From NCBI GenBank assembly GCA_001599295.1, contig BCGN01000003.1, forward strand, positions 1,674,001 to 1,738,000: 64,000 nt of DNA, in the 5' to 3' direction. Origin of the DNA: Sporopachydermia quercuum (taxonomy: Eukaryota). Under the pieces are notes generated by a model. That model was not told the origin of the DNA and did no database searches. It was given only the letters and a program-made list of their open reading frames with translations. Below, piece after piece: positions 48,532-60,052 of the stretch. Each line of letters begins with the position of its first letter. Within the stretch, counting starts at the first letter, position 1. The position numbers and the translations under genes were made by a program.

Positions 48532-50001
48532 TTATCTCGCCCTCCAATTATATTCTTCAACCCCTTGGTTATATCCATGTTCCCATTCCCAGTCCCTATC
48601 GCTTTTACCATTAACTCCTACAAACTTCTTATACTTCTGTTCTCTCCAGTAGTTAACTCTTCCCAGCTTGCTACCTTCAAATGCCGAAAATTCTTTGGCG
48701 TCATTCCACCCTGTGGTAAATCCTATCTTGAATCTTTCATGTCCTCCTTGGACTCCATTCTTGTCCCAATATTCACTGTGGTTCTTATACTTTTCATTTA
48801 GAACACCTCCAAAGACATCCTGGTTGAGTACTCGCAGGCGTGTAGGTGCTCTTGGTAGTCCTCCACGTTCCAGCATATTTCTGAATCCCCAAGCGCCTCC
48901 ATTATGATTATAATACTTATAACTCCAGAAAAAGGATCCAGATCCAGCTCGTTGAGTATAGATGCGAACTTGAGCCTGCCCGTAGTCTTTCTCAACCTTT
49001 TCACGTTCAGCACCTTGAATTCCATTCCAGGACCTTTCATCAAATACACATGAGTATTCTCCAACCATTATATCAACAGTTTTATAAGCAGGATTACCAA
49101 GAATCTCTGATTCTAAACGGTTCATATGATCATAGACACGAGTGTTTCTATCGGCGTCAGAGAATGCTCTATAGTAATGAGCATCAATAACAAAACCTAG
49201 GTCATTCTTTCCCTGAGCTCTGACCCATTCAAACCACTTGTCAAGCCAGAATCCATCAGAAATAACGATTGGGATATCAGGACTGAATTCACGAATAGCC
49301 TTTGCAGCATTCTTATAGTATTCTTCAGTCACCTTTTCGTTATTTGACGTCTCGTTCAACACTTCGATTCCAATGATGTTATCGTGCTTTCTTGCTTCCT
49401 TGGTGATGGCTTTCAACACCTGTAAGGCAATTTTCCTGTACGAATCATTAGTCCAGAAGTCAGCTCTCCCATCACCTTTGCCACTGTGATCTCCTTGATT
49501 GGCACCTCCAGGGAGACCATGAAGGTCCAGTAGAACGCCTATACGGTACTTTTTGGCCAGTTCAATAATAGAAATGACCTTCTTCCAACCATTGGCGTAT
49601 ATTCCTTTCACTTCCTTGAAAGGCGTGCCCTCAGTATAGGATCCTCCTTCAACTAGCCAAAAGCCAAAGGGCAATCTTATACCAGTGACGCCTACTTCTT
49701 TCATCCAACGGAAATCGTCTTCAGTGATAAACCTGTTCCAATAGTCTTCCACGTATTTTCTAGCACCGTCAACACCTTTTTCCTTCTGCAACTGCCTCAT
49801 GGCTTCTAATTCAGCTGGTGTGCCATTTGGGAACATATCGCCATTCATATGTCTTTCCCATAGCAGCCAGGCCCCCAAGTTTACACCGAAGTTTTGCCTG
49901 TTTTGGTAAATATCCTTACTGGAAGGTTTTGTTTGTTCTGGTAAAGTCACCATTTTTGAATTCTTGTTACCTGGTTTGAGAATCTTTGATAGTATTCCCA
50001 T
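48532..50001 (-). CDS. Intracellular GH5 glycoside hydrolase (YBR056W-like), copy 2
   Basis: IYQNRQNFGVNLG, DLHGLPGGANQGDHSGKGDG, VLNE, VGEYSCV, WEWEHG. Collinear with copy 1. Confidence 0.92.
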   Translation of the reverse strand: MGILSKILKPGNKNSKMVTLPEQTKPSSKDIYQNRQNFGVNLGAWLLWERHMNGDMFPNGTPAELEAMRQLQKEKGVDGARKYVEDYWNRFITEDDFRWMKEVGVTGIRLPFGFWLVEGGSYTEGTPFKEVKGIYANGWKKVISIIELAKKYRIGVLLDLHGLPGGANQGDHSGKGDGRADFWTNDSYRKIALQVLKAITKEARKHDNIIGIEVLNETSNNEKVTEEYYKNAAKAIREFSPDIPIVISDGFWLDKWFEWVRAQGKNDLGFVIDAHYYRAFSDADRNTRVYDHMNRLESEILGNPAYKTVDIMVGEYSCVFDERSWNGIQGAEREKVEKDYGQAQVRIYTQRAGSGSFFWSYKYYNHNGGAWGFRNMLERGGLPRAPTRLRVLNQDVFGGVLNEKYKNHSEYWDKNGVQGGHERFKIGFTTGWNDAKEFSAFEGSKLGRVNYWREQKYKKFVGVNGKSDRDWEWEHGYNQGVEEYNWRAR

Positions 50002-52921
50002 TATTGAGGTAAGATAAGAAAAGGTATAAACAGGAGATTCTTGGAAGCTGCAGAAGTGAGGGCTTTTCCTCGACTATTTATTGAATTCTGAATGAAAGCA
50101 ATTGGTCAATTGCTTGACTGGGTAATTGATTATTATTTCGATTAGTTCTTTGGCTAGCGCTAAGGAATTAAAGCGGATTTTCTTGTAGATAGTAGGTAAT
50201 TTGTTAAGTACGCCAGGTCATTCCAACTATTTTTTGCCTAGAAAAGAGGAGGACAAGTGGGATAAGGTTTGGGGGAGCTAAAGTGATGCAATAAATCTGT
50301 AGAAGAAGTTTAATTCTGGAATGGGCAATAGTGAGATTAACGGGAGTCAGAGTTCTGAGTGTTTTGGCTGTAAGCAGGAATTTACTTGGAAAATGCATGA
50401 AAATGGTGGAATTATTTGCAGATAGTGTGATCCAAAGAGAATGCGTTCGAGAAAAAATTTGGTTGATTCTGTGGAAATTTGAAACTAGGAAGAAGACGCT
50501 GAGTTTGAAGTTGAGGATATGAAGTTAGGGTTACGAGACTTCATGAGTATGCATTAATCTTAACTTAGTACGGAACTCGCCAGGAAAGTGAAATTCAGCT
50601 AATAGTAGTAAATTGGAAGCATAATATATGAAACAAATTATCACAAAAGAGGGATATACTGCTGAAGGTAAGTGTGATAGAAATTGCTAGAAAATTATTG
50701 TATACTTTAAGTATTGATGTCTGATTCCTCAAGTAATACATCCACAGTCCAGCTCATCGACTAATAAAATAAAGTTTGAAAAGGGTAAACTTAATAGCAA
50801 GGTAACAAGCAAGTAAGCAAACTTTAACTGAAATTCTGATTCTCTGCCAAGTGCCAGTTTCAGTTCATTACCAACTAAAAGTATACTACTGTTAAAGGAT
50901 TATAGAACGTGAATTATAGAGAGTATAACCAATGTAAAAGAGACAACACAGCAAGTTCCAACTCACAACAGGCTCCTTTGATATCTAAAGAATAGCATTC
51001 AGTTGTAGTATTGTACAATCATGTATATATAATGCACTATTAAACTTTTGAATGTGAAACATCAAATGTAAACTAAATGATGTAAAGCACCTATTGAAAA
51101 CGTTCATTGATCTTAGAAGACTAAAATATTTAGTATCTTGATACTAAATAGAAGCAACTGGTGCTTCTTTTAGGCCAACCTAAGAAGATTGGCTAATTCT
51201 TGTTNGAATAGACATGAAACTGTTCTCATAAGTGTAGTCTAGTCTTCGTGCATATGCTAGCAAGTCGAGGATACAAGAAGACAATTAGAATGAATGATGC
51301 TGGGGATAAGATTTCAGGATATTATGCTTGCGGNGCACTAAGTCAACTTATGAAGAAAAGATGGTACCCTAATTGCCAGTTTGGAGACCGATTTGATGAA
51401 TNCCACAGGGAGAGTATTTTCTGGGTTTCTTCTCAACTGGTTGCATATGTTGATATAGTCAATGATTCGAGATGAGACCATGCATGATTACATGATCAAT
51501 AAATGGCAAGTGGGGAATATCAGAAATAATGATTATTCTGAGATTACTTCAGTAAAGCGTACAAACTAAGGAGATGCACATTGCTGAAAACGACGGCTGA
51601 TTGATGGCGAGTCTAGACTATAATGGTTCTAGACTATAAATAGAAGTTTTTGGGAAAATAATAAATTTAAGTACTAATTAGAGACATTTGGAGAATGTTT
51701 AATTTGTTCAGCAAGTATAGATAAGAGTTAGATAAGTGTTCATGTTTATTGTGTGCTCCAAGGAACCGTTTCCGTTATTTTAACATAATCTCCGATATTT
51801 TCCTTATCCGAGAGTCTGCAAGATGATGTATGTTTCCCTCGAAATGGCAGTGCAAAATTGATAGGCATAGAATTACCAACAAGCTCGAATGATTGCTGTC
51901 TTTCAATGTTTATTGATTATCTACTATATTGAAAGAGCTAACTACTGCACAGCACAAAATTCAATACAGAGCAAACTTCCACCAACTGGATCATAAACTA
52001 ACTAACACCCACTTTCTCTCTTCAACATATAACAAACATACCAAGGAAAGACGAAATAACCACAACAAATACCAATATTTCAAGAAAACAATTCTTTGTA
52101 TATTCAATTTGAATGCTTCTAATCCTACCTCTACCCCTTTTTTCATCTCTTGTTCACCTTAATCAATGTCTACTTCTACTATTACCATTTACTCTAACTT
52201 CGCGTCTCATGACGGAATATTCTCCGGACTATTTCCTCCTTTCTACCCGCCAGTGAGAACTTTAATACTATGATCGAATTTTGACCGCTGAGAACTAGAA
52301 CCTATAAGTTCTCAAAATATTCGCTGCATAATTCTATGAATCAACTTNAGGAAATACCCTTCAAGGCCCACGCTTCTGTCATTTAACCTTCAAGATTTTT
52401 TTGCATACAACTATACAAGTGTCTCAAGCTTGTAAATAATCATATATTTCAACTGTTCTTCGCCGGGATTAATCTCAAAACTAAAGTTCAATTCTCGGTT
52501 AATTTTCCTGCAGCACCCGCGTATTCACATACATTGAAAGTTAACCATAATAAACCCGAAACCTTAATTCATAAACTTTATTTTTCCATAACCAAGTCAA
52601 ACAACTTCATTATTTCCCCAGATTTCCTTAGTTTTCCCCTGTTGCGCTGCCATTTGAAGCATAATTTTTCAACAGCGGAAAACCAGCACCTTCCTGCACA
52701 TTGTAGGCCCAAAATCATGTACTGTCGCTCATTTATAAAAGTACTATTCATCCTTGATATCAACCACTTCTTACCTTCTCTGCTCCTACAGCAAATNTTT
52801 CCAATACTTGACTAAGTTACGTCTTTTCTCTTCGTATTTCCATTATTTTCCCCAAGCTGCAAACAAAATACTAAACAGATCTTTTAGGACAAATATACAA
52901 CTATTTTTCACTACATTCAAA

Positions 52922-53932
52922 ATGACCGCTGACGATCAAACTTACACACTAACCTCTCCCAATGGGAAGCTCACAGCTACCTTCATGAGAAGGGGCGCTA
53001 CTATCATGAAACTCAGCCTGGAAGGAAAACAGTTAATAACCTCGTTTGAAACCCCAGAAGAATTCTACGCCGATAACCATTATTTCGGAACAACTGTCGG
53101 AAGAGTCGCCAATAGAATCGCCAAGGGCATATTCTCTCTTGACGGAAAAACCTTTAGCACTCCGATCAACGAAGGTTCAAACACTCTTCACGGAGGCTTT
53201 GAAGGATTCGATAAAAAGGTGTTTTCAGAGCCAATTGCCAATAAAGAAGAAAACTCGCTTATTTTCACTTTAATCTCCAAAAACGGAGACCAAGGTTTCC
53301 CCGGAGAGATTAATTTTTCTGTGAAGTATACTATATCCGACGAGGGCTCCACTGGCGGATCAATTGCTCTAGAATACAGTGCTGAGCTGACTAATGATGC
53401 TGTTCCGTCTACGATTATCTCCGTTGCTAACCATTCTTTCTTCAATATCACCAATAATGCTACAATTGAGGGAACTGAGCTTCAATTGGTTTCAAACAAC
53501 TATTTAGACGTAGACGATCAGTTGATTGTCACTGGGGCTTTAAAGCCTATGAAAATCGTATCAACATTCAACGATGCTAAGGGGACAGTTCTTGGAGCAG
53601 AAGAACCATTTATAGACAATTGCTTTGTTGTCTCCGAGCTAAAGCCAGGCGAGATCCCAATTGACACCCGTGGCTTGAACTTGGCACTGGTAGCTAAGGC
53701 TTATGCTCCAGACACTGGTATTACTCTCAAGGTATCTACAACGGAACCTACGCTACAGGTCTATACGGGAGATGGATTGAACNTCCCAGGGAGGTATGGC
53801 AAACGGGCAGGAGTAGCATTAGAAACAGCAAGGTATATCGATGCTGTGAATGTTCCAGAATGGAGAAATATGGCAGTTTTGAAGCAGGGAGAGAAGTATG
53901 GCGCCTTGACTAAGTATACGTTTAGTAAATAA
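52922..53932 (+). CDS. Aldose 1-epimerase (galactose mutarotase), stand-alone, like the Gal10 C-terminal domain; first ATG 52922 (336 aa)
   Basis: GTTVGRVANRIAKG, NTLHGG, GFPG, NHSFFN, DNCF, TTEPTLQVYTGD, ALETARYIDAVN. Confidence 0.93.
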   Translation: MTADDQTYTLTSPNGKLTATFMRRGATIMKLSLEGKQLITSFETPEEFYADNHYFGTTVGRVANRIAKGIFSLDGKTFSTPINEGSNTLHGGFEGFDKKVFSEPIANKEENSLIFTLISKNGDQGFPGEINFSVKYTISDEGSTGGSIALEYSAELTNDAVPSTIISVANHSFFNITNNATIEGTELQLVSNNYLDVDDQLIVTGALKPMKIVSTFNDAKGTVLGAEEPFIDNCFVVSELKPGEIPIDTRGLNLALVAKAYAPDTGITLKVSTTEPTLQVYTGDGLNXPGRYGKRAGVALETARYIDAVNVPEWRNMAVLKQGEKYGALTKYTFSK

Positions 53933-54398
53933 AGGAAAAGGTTAAGGATAAGGATAAGGAGATATGATGTATGTGTTATTCATGTACCAACTAGCGGTAT
54001 AGCCTGNAGTGTTGGTGCTGACGTGATAATCTTATAACAAGCACTTTATTCCCTTTTCTATTGGTATACTACTCTTTCTTGCGGGAACGGTCATAGACAG
54101 ATTTGCTGTATTTTCAAACAAAAGCTTACTGACTGCCTGGTTGTTCTAATTGGTAGTTATGATGTTTTAGGTTGGAAATGTAGGTTGTAAATCGCGTTGA
54201 GAGTTATATGATCAATTCTGTTGATATTTGGCCCACTGTAGGTTCCTTAGATTCTCTTCTTTCGGATAAACCTCCTTTTTCTTCTTCCCAATGTGTACAA
54301 AAGCATACTAATTAGGAGTATACTGCATACAGCTACCTTCTGCAACTGCCCGATCAGGAACAAATATTACCGTTTCAATAGTCCCTATTAGTTCTCAA

Positions 54399-57300
54399 TC
54401 AAGCATACCCATTACCATTTCCAGCCATCACCAGGCTCTTATAGGAACTGACCTCCAGCATAATAGGTATTTCTTTACTAGCTTTACTCAATAAGGCAAA
54501 ATTACTCCGTCCTTCCGTCAACAAGGGGAAATCAGCTATTGCCGCTTTCGTCGATGCCAAAATAGCGATTACCGCTTTGAGGAACCCGTTAGTATTTTCC
54601 CAAAACTTCAATTTAGCTTCATTATCGGCGTTTTCCTCTCTAACGACTTTNAACTGCGTTTTCAGCTTTCTGGTGACGTCCATAGCTGATAGGCAAACGG
54701 TTGTGAGTTCTTTAGCTTTATTGGCAATAACTGCGGTATGACTTTCATCAGCAGTAGTAGGATTTGTTCCTGGGAGAGCTTCAATGTTTGCCAAGCCTGT
54801 TTTGTCGTTAGAAATTGCTTCTGCTTGAGCAGTTGCTGTGCTGAGTAAAACATCGTTCATTTGAGAGTAGACGTCCTCCGCTGCAACGATAGCAAAGGCG
54901 ACTGATTCGTACAGTCGCTCGTCGAGAGCTTTCTGTTCTACAGCGTTCGTTGCTGGAGGAATACTGGATAATGAAGGCGTTGGGAGTCCTGTTAGCATTG
55001 CCTGTGACACGGCAGTGTTAGCAAGAGATGTTTGTATGGGAGGTAGGGCGTGGGCATGGGCTGCACCGGGAACAGCACCGGCTGTAGCAGCTGTGGACAT
55101 TGACACAGGGATCGACACAGATGACGACGAGGCTGTTGCAGATACGGGAGCAGCAGCTAGTACAGGAGTCGGTGCTGACAAAGGCGCCAGTGCAACAGGA
55201 ACTGCTGTTGGCACTGTTGGGGCTGGCATTGAAGCTGGCGTTCCAACAGAACCTCCAACAGCAATCTGAGCTGGCACAGAAACATTTTGTAGGTCTGCTG
55301 ATTTGGTCATTGAAGCAGTCCCTATAGCATAACTAGCGAAAGGCCCTGCAATGCTCGACGATTTGGAAACTGAAGGTGCAATGTCGGAAACTGCAACACC
55401 TGTAGTCATAGGTTCGTTGATCATAGTACTACCCACAGGAGTAGAGACCACTTCCTCATTTAGACCAGACGATGCCCTTTGAAGTGCTAATGGCGGTGGC
55501 TTAGGCCCTCCTAAACGTTGGCGGCTGAAATACCCGCCAGAATCAGCTAAACGAGGGACCGGAGAGTTAATCGGCACTTCCGAAACCTTTTCAGCCCCGT
55601 TGATATTCAAATAACCCTTGTCAGTCTCTTGGTTAGCCACATGCTCCTCTTTCGCTTCCATAACCTCGTTTATATCTACTACATTACCTGCCAGTCCTGT
55701 ATATGCATTACTCAGCTCGGCTAGGAACCCATAAAGGGAGAGAAACATACTCCGAACGTCGCGCAGCGCCATATCTTCCGTAAACCCTCGGGTGTTATTC
55801 TTCACTAACGCCAGGATCTGTTTCAGATCACTGATACACTGCTGCATGATTTTGATAGCTGTGTCCAAAACCGGTTCCAACTCTGGCGCAGCCAAACAAG
55901 TGATTAATCTATTGACGTGTGTTTCTGTAGTGGCTAACACACTTTGGATTCTAATCGAGACCATTTTATTACCATTCAACGTTGTGCATCTGTAGAACAG
56001 GTTGTGTAGTTCCGAGAACTGCTGTGTGACGTCTTCTAGGTTTGAATGAGATAGCAAAAGGATGCTTGTTGGCTGTTCCGATTCTGACGGTGAAAGTGAA
56101 GGCGAAGGCGAAGTTGAAGAAGAAGGCGAAATAGCTGGAGATGTGCTGTAATTGTTGTTGTTCACATCATAGTAAACACCGTCATCGTCATCGTCGTCAT
56201 TATTGTTACCACTACCACCATTATTATCAGGTGAAGCTCCCCCATTGTTCTCATCAATAGAAGCAGCATCTTGGTCCAATTCCTTCTTTTCTAGCAGGAT
56301 TGATAGTCTGTTGAAATAGGATTTGTTAGCCGAGGTATAGGATTGCTCAAAGTCTGAATTAGGTGAATCTGGGTTCGAAATAGGATATGCATTATTGACA
56401 TTGGGTTTAACACTCGGATATGGATAGCCATAAGGAGCAACAAGACTGCCGTTCTGGGAATTGAGATTAGTAGGATTTCCGAATGCGGTACCAGAGCTAA
56501 CGTATTTGGTTCTACTATCTCCCAAAGTAGCATATCCGTTACCATTAGTACATTCAACACCATCATTATTATTTCCACTTCCATTATCATTACTGTTGTT
56601 GCCACTGTTTAGATTCAACCCAGAGTCATGCGACAGCGTTCTACTATGTTTGGAGAACCTATTGGTCTTGGCATTTGGCCCTGGCTTGTATGCAGGGTCG
56701 AGTTGGCTGAACAGTGTATTGCTAGCGGCATCAGCAGAGTAATAGTTTTTGGCAGTATTAGGCACAGCAGAAACTGCAGCAGAGCCAGTCCCAATAGTTG
56801 ACGAAAGAGTAGTGTTACTACTACTATTACTACCAGTTGTGGGGTTATTACCACTAGTATAATTCATTGATCCTATTCCTACCTTTTGGTTCCTTGCTGC
56901 TGCTTTCACTGAAAGATACGACTCGCTGTTGCTTCTTAACCGTTCTCTTTCCCTTTCCTGTTCTCTTTCTGTTCGTTGTTCTATTGTATACGTTTGATGA
57001 TGTGTTTCTGCTGTTGTATTTATTGTATTCCTTGTATAGTCTGATGTGCTTTCTGATGACGTTCTTCTCGGTGCAGGCTGTGGNGATACCGTAGCGGCTC
57101 TTGTTCTGGGCACTGTTAAGGATGTGACCGATGAGTTCATAGTGTTGCTGGGGCCAATACTGCTAGTGGCTTGTGGAGGAAACAAGTGGGAGTCAATAGC
57201 TGTGGAAGTTCCCGGTGGTCCTGCGGTTGGCCCTGAGCTTGATATAGGAGAATCAATAGCTGACGATAAATCTGGGACGTTTTTCATAAAACTGCCATTG

Positions 57301-58457
57301 GAACTGCTCACTTCCGTAGAAGAGCTCATGGAATGTGTATTGAATCCTCCAACTGAATCAACTGAAAGTGTTGAGCCAGTAGAAGATGCATTGTTGCTTT
57401 CTCCCCCAGAGATGTCGGTAAAAGTAGACGACATGTTGTTGAATGACATAGCAGTACTATCACTAGTGATAGTGCTAGTATTATCATTATCATTGGTGTT
57501 AATAGTAATATTACCACCAGTGCTATTGTCGTCTATGAATCCCCCTGCTCCTATACTAGCACCACTTTCGAATGCTATTCTACCATACACACCATTTTGT
57601 TTATTCTCTTTCCCCGTTTCCCTACTGCTTCTCTCTCTTACAACTCCATCACGAGCAAACATCTTAATAGCTTCCATCCATTCACTACTGCCTTCTTTAT
57701 GTCTACTATTAATATCACTAATAGCTGCCACTGTTTGCTGATTAAAGGGGTTATTTTCCATTTCCAGCACTTGTAGTCTGTCCATGCTGCCTAAACATCT
57801 TGGCAACCGTTTGAACCGATTGCCTTTGATTGATACAACCAGTAGATGCTTTAGAAGCCCTAATTCGAAGGGCAGTTCTTCTAGCTGATTATATGAAACG
57901 TCGAGTATCTCTAGGGACTTGCACAGGCAAACAGAGTCCGGAAATACTGTGAATCTGTTGGAACGGAGATCCAAGTACCGTAGTTTCGTTAGTTTGATGA
58001 AACTGGAAGGCAGCGTCGCGAGGGCGTTGTCGCGGAGACTCAGTTGTTGAATCAAACTGTTGCACATTATTTCTATGGCCTCTGGGATCAGTAGAGACAT
58101 GTTGAGACCGGATAGCTGTAAGCCTGTATTGTTCTGGATGCTTTTAGCCGCTGCCTCGGCAACTAAAGACAGGAATTTAGGTTTGGACATCTGGACTGGT
58201 GGGAGCGGGACAGGAATTTTTGGTGGGGATTGCGGAGCCAGCAAGGTAGCCCTCTGGGGTTGCTGGAGGGGTAGGGTGGTTTGACTGGGCTTTGAATATG
58301 ATGGTGGGTTACTAAGAGTGGATAGTTTTGGTGGCTGCAGAGACTTGTATATCGTTTCGTTTGAAGATACCGAATGAGGTTGGTTTGATTGGTTTGGTTG
58401 GTTGAAAGGATCGGCCGGTGCGGACGAGCGTCCGGTGTTGAAAGGAATTGTAGTCAT
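54399..58457 (-). CDS. SOG2: RAM-network leucine-rich-repeat protein Sog2 (1352 aa from ATG 58457)
   Basis: N-terminal LRRs (LSLRDNALATLP, LRYLDLRSNRF, LEILDVSYNQL), HSRTLSHDS, SYFNRLSIL, RDVRSMFLSLYGFLAELSNA, and a C-terminal helical region FWENTNGFLKAVIAILA. Confidence 0.88.
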   Translation of the reverse strand: MTTIPFNTGRSSAPADPFNQPNQSNQPHSVSSNETIYKSLQPPKLSTLSNPPSYSKPSQTTLPLQQPQRATLLAPQSPPKIPVPLPPVQMSKPKFLSLVAEAAAKSIQNNTGLQLSGLNMSLLIPEAIEIMCNSLIQQLSLRDNALATLPSSFIKLTKLRYLDLRSNRFTVFPDSVCLCKSLEILDVSYNQLEELPFELGLLKHLLVVSIKGNRFKRLPRCLGSMDRLQVLEMENNPFNQQTVAAISDINSRHKEGSSEWMEAIKMFARDGVVRERSSRETGKENKQNGVYGRIAFESGASIGAGGFIDDNSTGGNITINTNDNDNTSTITSDSTAMSFNNMSSTFTDISGGESNNASSTGSTLSVDSVGGFNTHSMSSSTEVSSSNGSFMKNVPDLSSAIDSPISSSGPTAGPPGTSTAIDSHLFPPQATSSIGPSNTMNSSVTSLTVPRTRAATVXPQPAPRRTSSESTSDYTRNTINTTAETHHQTYTIEQRTEREQERERERLRSNSESYLSVKAAARNQKVGIGSMNYTSGNNPTTGSNSSSNTTLSSTIGTGSAAVSAVPNTAKNYYSADAASNTLFSQLDPAYKPGPNAKTNRFSKHSRTLSHDSGLNLNSGNNSNDNGSGNNNDGVECTNGNGYATLGDSRTKYVSSGTAFGNPTNLNSQNGSLVAPYGYPYPSVKPNVNNAYPISNPDSPNSDFEQSYTSANKSYFNRLSILLEKKELDQDAASIDENNGGASPDNNGGSGNNNDDDDDDGVYYDVNNNNYSTSPAISPSSSTSPSPSLSPSESEQPTSILLLSHSNLEDVTQQFSELHNLFYRCTTLNGNKMVSIRIQSVLATTETHVNRLITCLAAPELEPVLDTAIKIMQQCISDLKQILALVKNNTRGFTEDMALRDVRSMFLSLYGFLAELSNAYTGLAGNVVDINEVMEAKEEHVANQETDKGYLNINGAEKVSEVPINSPVPRLADSGGYFSRQRLGGPKPPPLALQRASSGLNEEVVSTPVGSTMINEPMTTGVAVSDIAPSVSKSSSIAGPFASYAIGTASMTKSADLQNVSVPAQIAVGGSVGTPASMPAPTVPTAVPVALAPLSAPTPVLAAAPVSATASSSSVSIPVSMSTAATAGAVPGAAHAHALPPIQTSLANTAVSQAMLTGLPTPSLSSIPPATNAVEQKALDERLYESVAFAIVAAEDVYSQMNDVLLSTATAQAEAISNDKTGLANIEALPGTNPTTADESHTAVIANKAKELTTVCLSAMDVTRKLKTQXKVVREENADNEAKLKFWENTNGFLKAVIAILASTKAAIADFPLLTEGRSNFALLSKASKEIPIMLEVSSYKSLVMAGNGNGYA

Positions 58458-58655
58458 TTTGATGATGTTGAAGCGTGAATATTGAATATGCGAGTTCGAC
58501 TGTAAGCGTCTATTGAATGCTCCTAAATGTTGAATCCCATAAAATAATCTTTTGATCAAGCACTGCTATTGTACTTTAATATTGTGTACAGTTAATCAAT
58601 AATGTATCAATGTAACGTAACTATAGCGCTATTGAGTAGATACGGCGTATTTCAG

Positions 58656-58688
58656 ATAATGCTTCAAATAATGCTTCAAATAATGCTT
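58656..58688. repeat. 12-bp tandem repeat (ATAATGCTTCAA) x2.75 upstream of SOG2
   Basis: Read directly. Confidence 0.9.
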
Positions 58689-60014
58689 TACTATTCATTT
58701 AAGCTGCATTGAGCAAAGATCTTTTAGGTAAATATCAACCAGTAGTTTACCTAACAGTACCTTTCGATAGCTCTTCTTGTTCGGTGACTCGTCTAGCAAA
58801 ACTGCACACGGTTCGCAGCTTCCCGTAATCTTATAACAACTATTCTCTCTCTTTGAAGACTAAACAAATGACGAAGTGTTTCTAGTGTTAATCTATCATT
58901 CAAATGCAACTCACTTTACAACATTCACACAACATACGACACTGTTCACAGTTGTTATATGTGAGTCTACTGCGTATCAACCTTTTATTATACCTTCTAT
59001 GGTTGTTGGTATTTTTTTAGTGTATAAAACGGTGAGTTTCTCTTCTAGTTAACAACATATATTGATAACTAGTTACCGTCAAAAGAGTTGCTGATAGATA
59101 GATCCTTCAGTGTCATCACACCTGTTGAAAGAAGACAGCAGTCAGAGAATAGATCACGATAAATTAAGTAATGCGTGTTCTAATAGATGATCGAACAAGT
59201 GNGTAACGATTATAGTAATAATATTAAGCTGTCGCTAAGAAGTCTGTCTCTTTAACGCTCTGAGGCTACTCTTTATCTGTAGAATATGCTGATTGATAGC
59301 TGAATGCTTATACTAATGAATGATAAGTACACAATCGATAGAATAAATTATAACTTATCACACGAGCAAATCTAATCCTAAACAGTGTATAAACTCACGG
59401 GAGTTCTGACAGTACTGAAAATGTCTTCTTGATAACAGCTATATTGCTGATAGTACGATAATGATGGCCTGTGATAAAATACGAATTCATATAACCAACA
59501 AACAGCACAATAAGTTTGCCAACCTATCAATTCTAGATGTCAAGAGCTCAAACCTTTAGTTTCCTGTTAGTTTCCTGCCAGTTTACTAGTAGCAATCCGA
59601 TCAAATGCTCTAGTTGCCTCTGAAGTGTATCTATCTACTGATAGAATAAAGGGATAATACTTTCAAAACTGCAGTATAAATACTANCGGTATTAACGTCC
59701 AATTAATCTGACGTGCACTGGACCCAAATCACGGTTTGAAACAGAATATAAATACAACACTACGGTCTAGAAGTTGCAATAGTTGTTAGTGAAGGANGAA
59801 TGCTTTGGTAATAACGATTAGATAGGTAAAAAATAGGTATGGGAAGATACACAGGGTGTGGGGTTATGATATTGGGGACTGTTGGCGAGGGAAAAGTTTG
59901 TTTTTTTGTGGCTTAAAAACTAGCGAGGAAACTGGATTTGTGGTCGGTCTGGAGTTCTACCCATAAAAAGACAAAAAGGGAATTAGGGTTTCGGGGATAG
60001 AAAGGGGGTGTTAG

Positions 60015-60052
60015 GAAGATCGAGTGAAGATCGAGTGCAGATCGAGTGAAGA
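60015..60052. repeat. 11-bp tandem repeat (GMAGATCGAGT) x3.4 within a G-skewed tract
   Basis: Read directly. Confidence 0.9.

Noticed and set aside
51248..51475. 75-aa ORF between GH5 copy 2 and the mutarotase
   Set aside because: Short, contains two Ns, and shows no family resemblance I can support.
24344..58457. A 'cell-cycle gene cluster' (CLB4, CDC14, SOG2, SIM1, FDO1-like)
   Set aside because: The genes are interspersed with unrelated ones over more than 50 kb. There is no evidence beyond chance adjacency.
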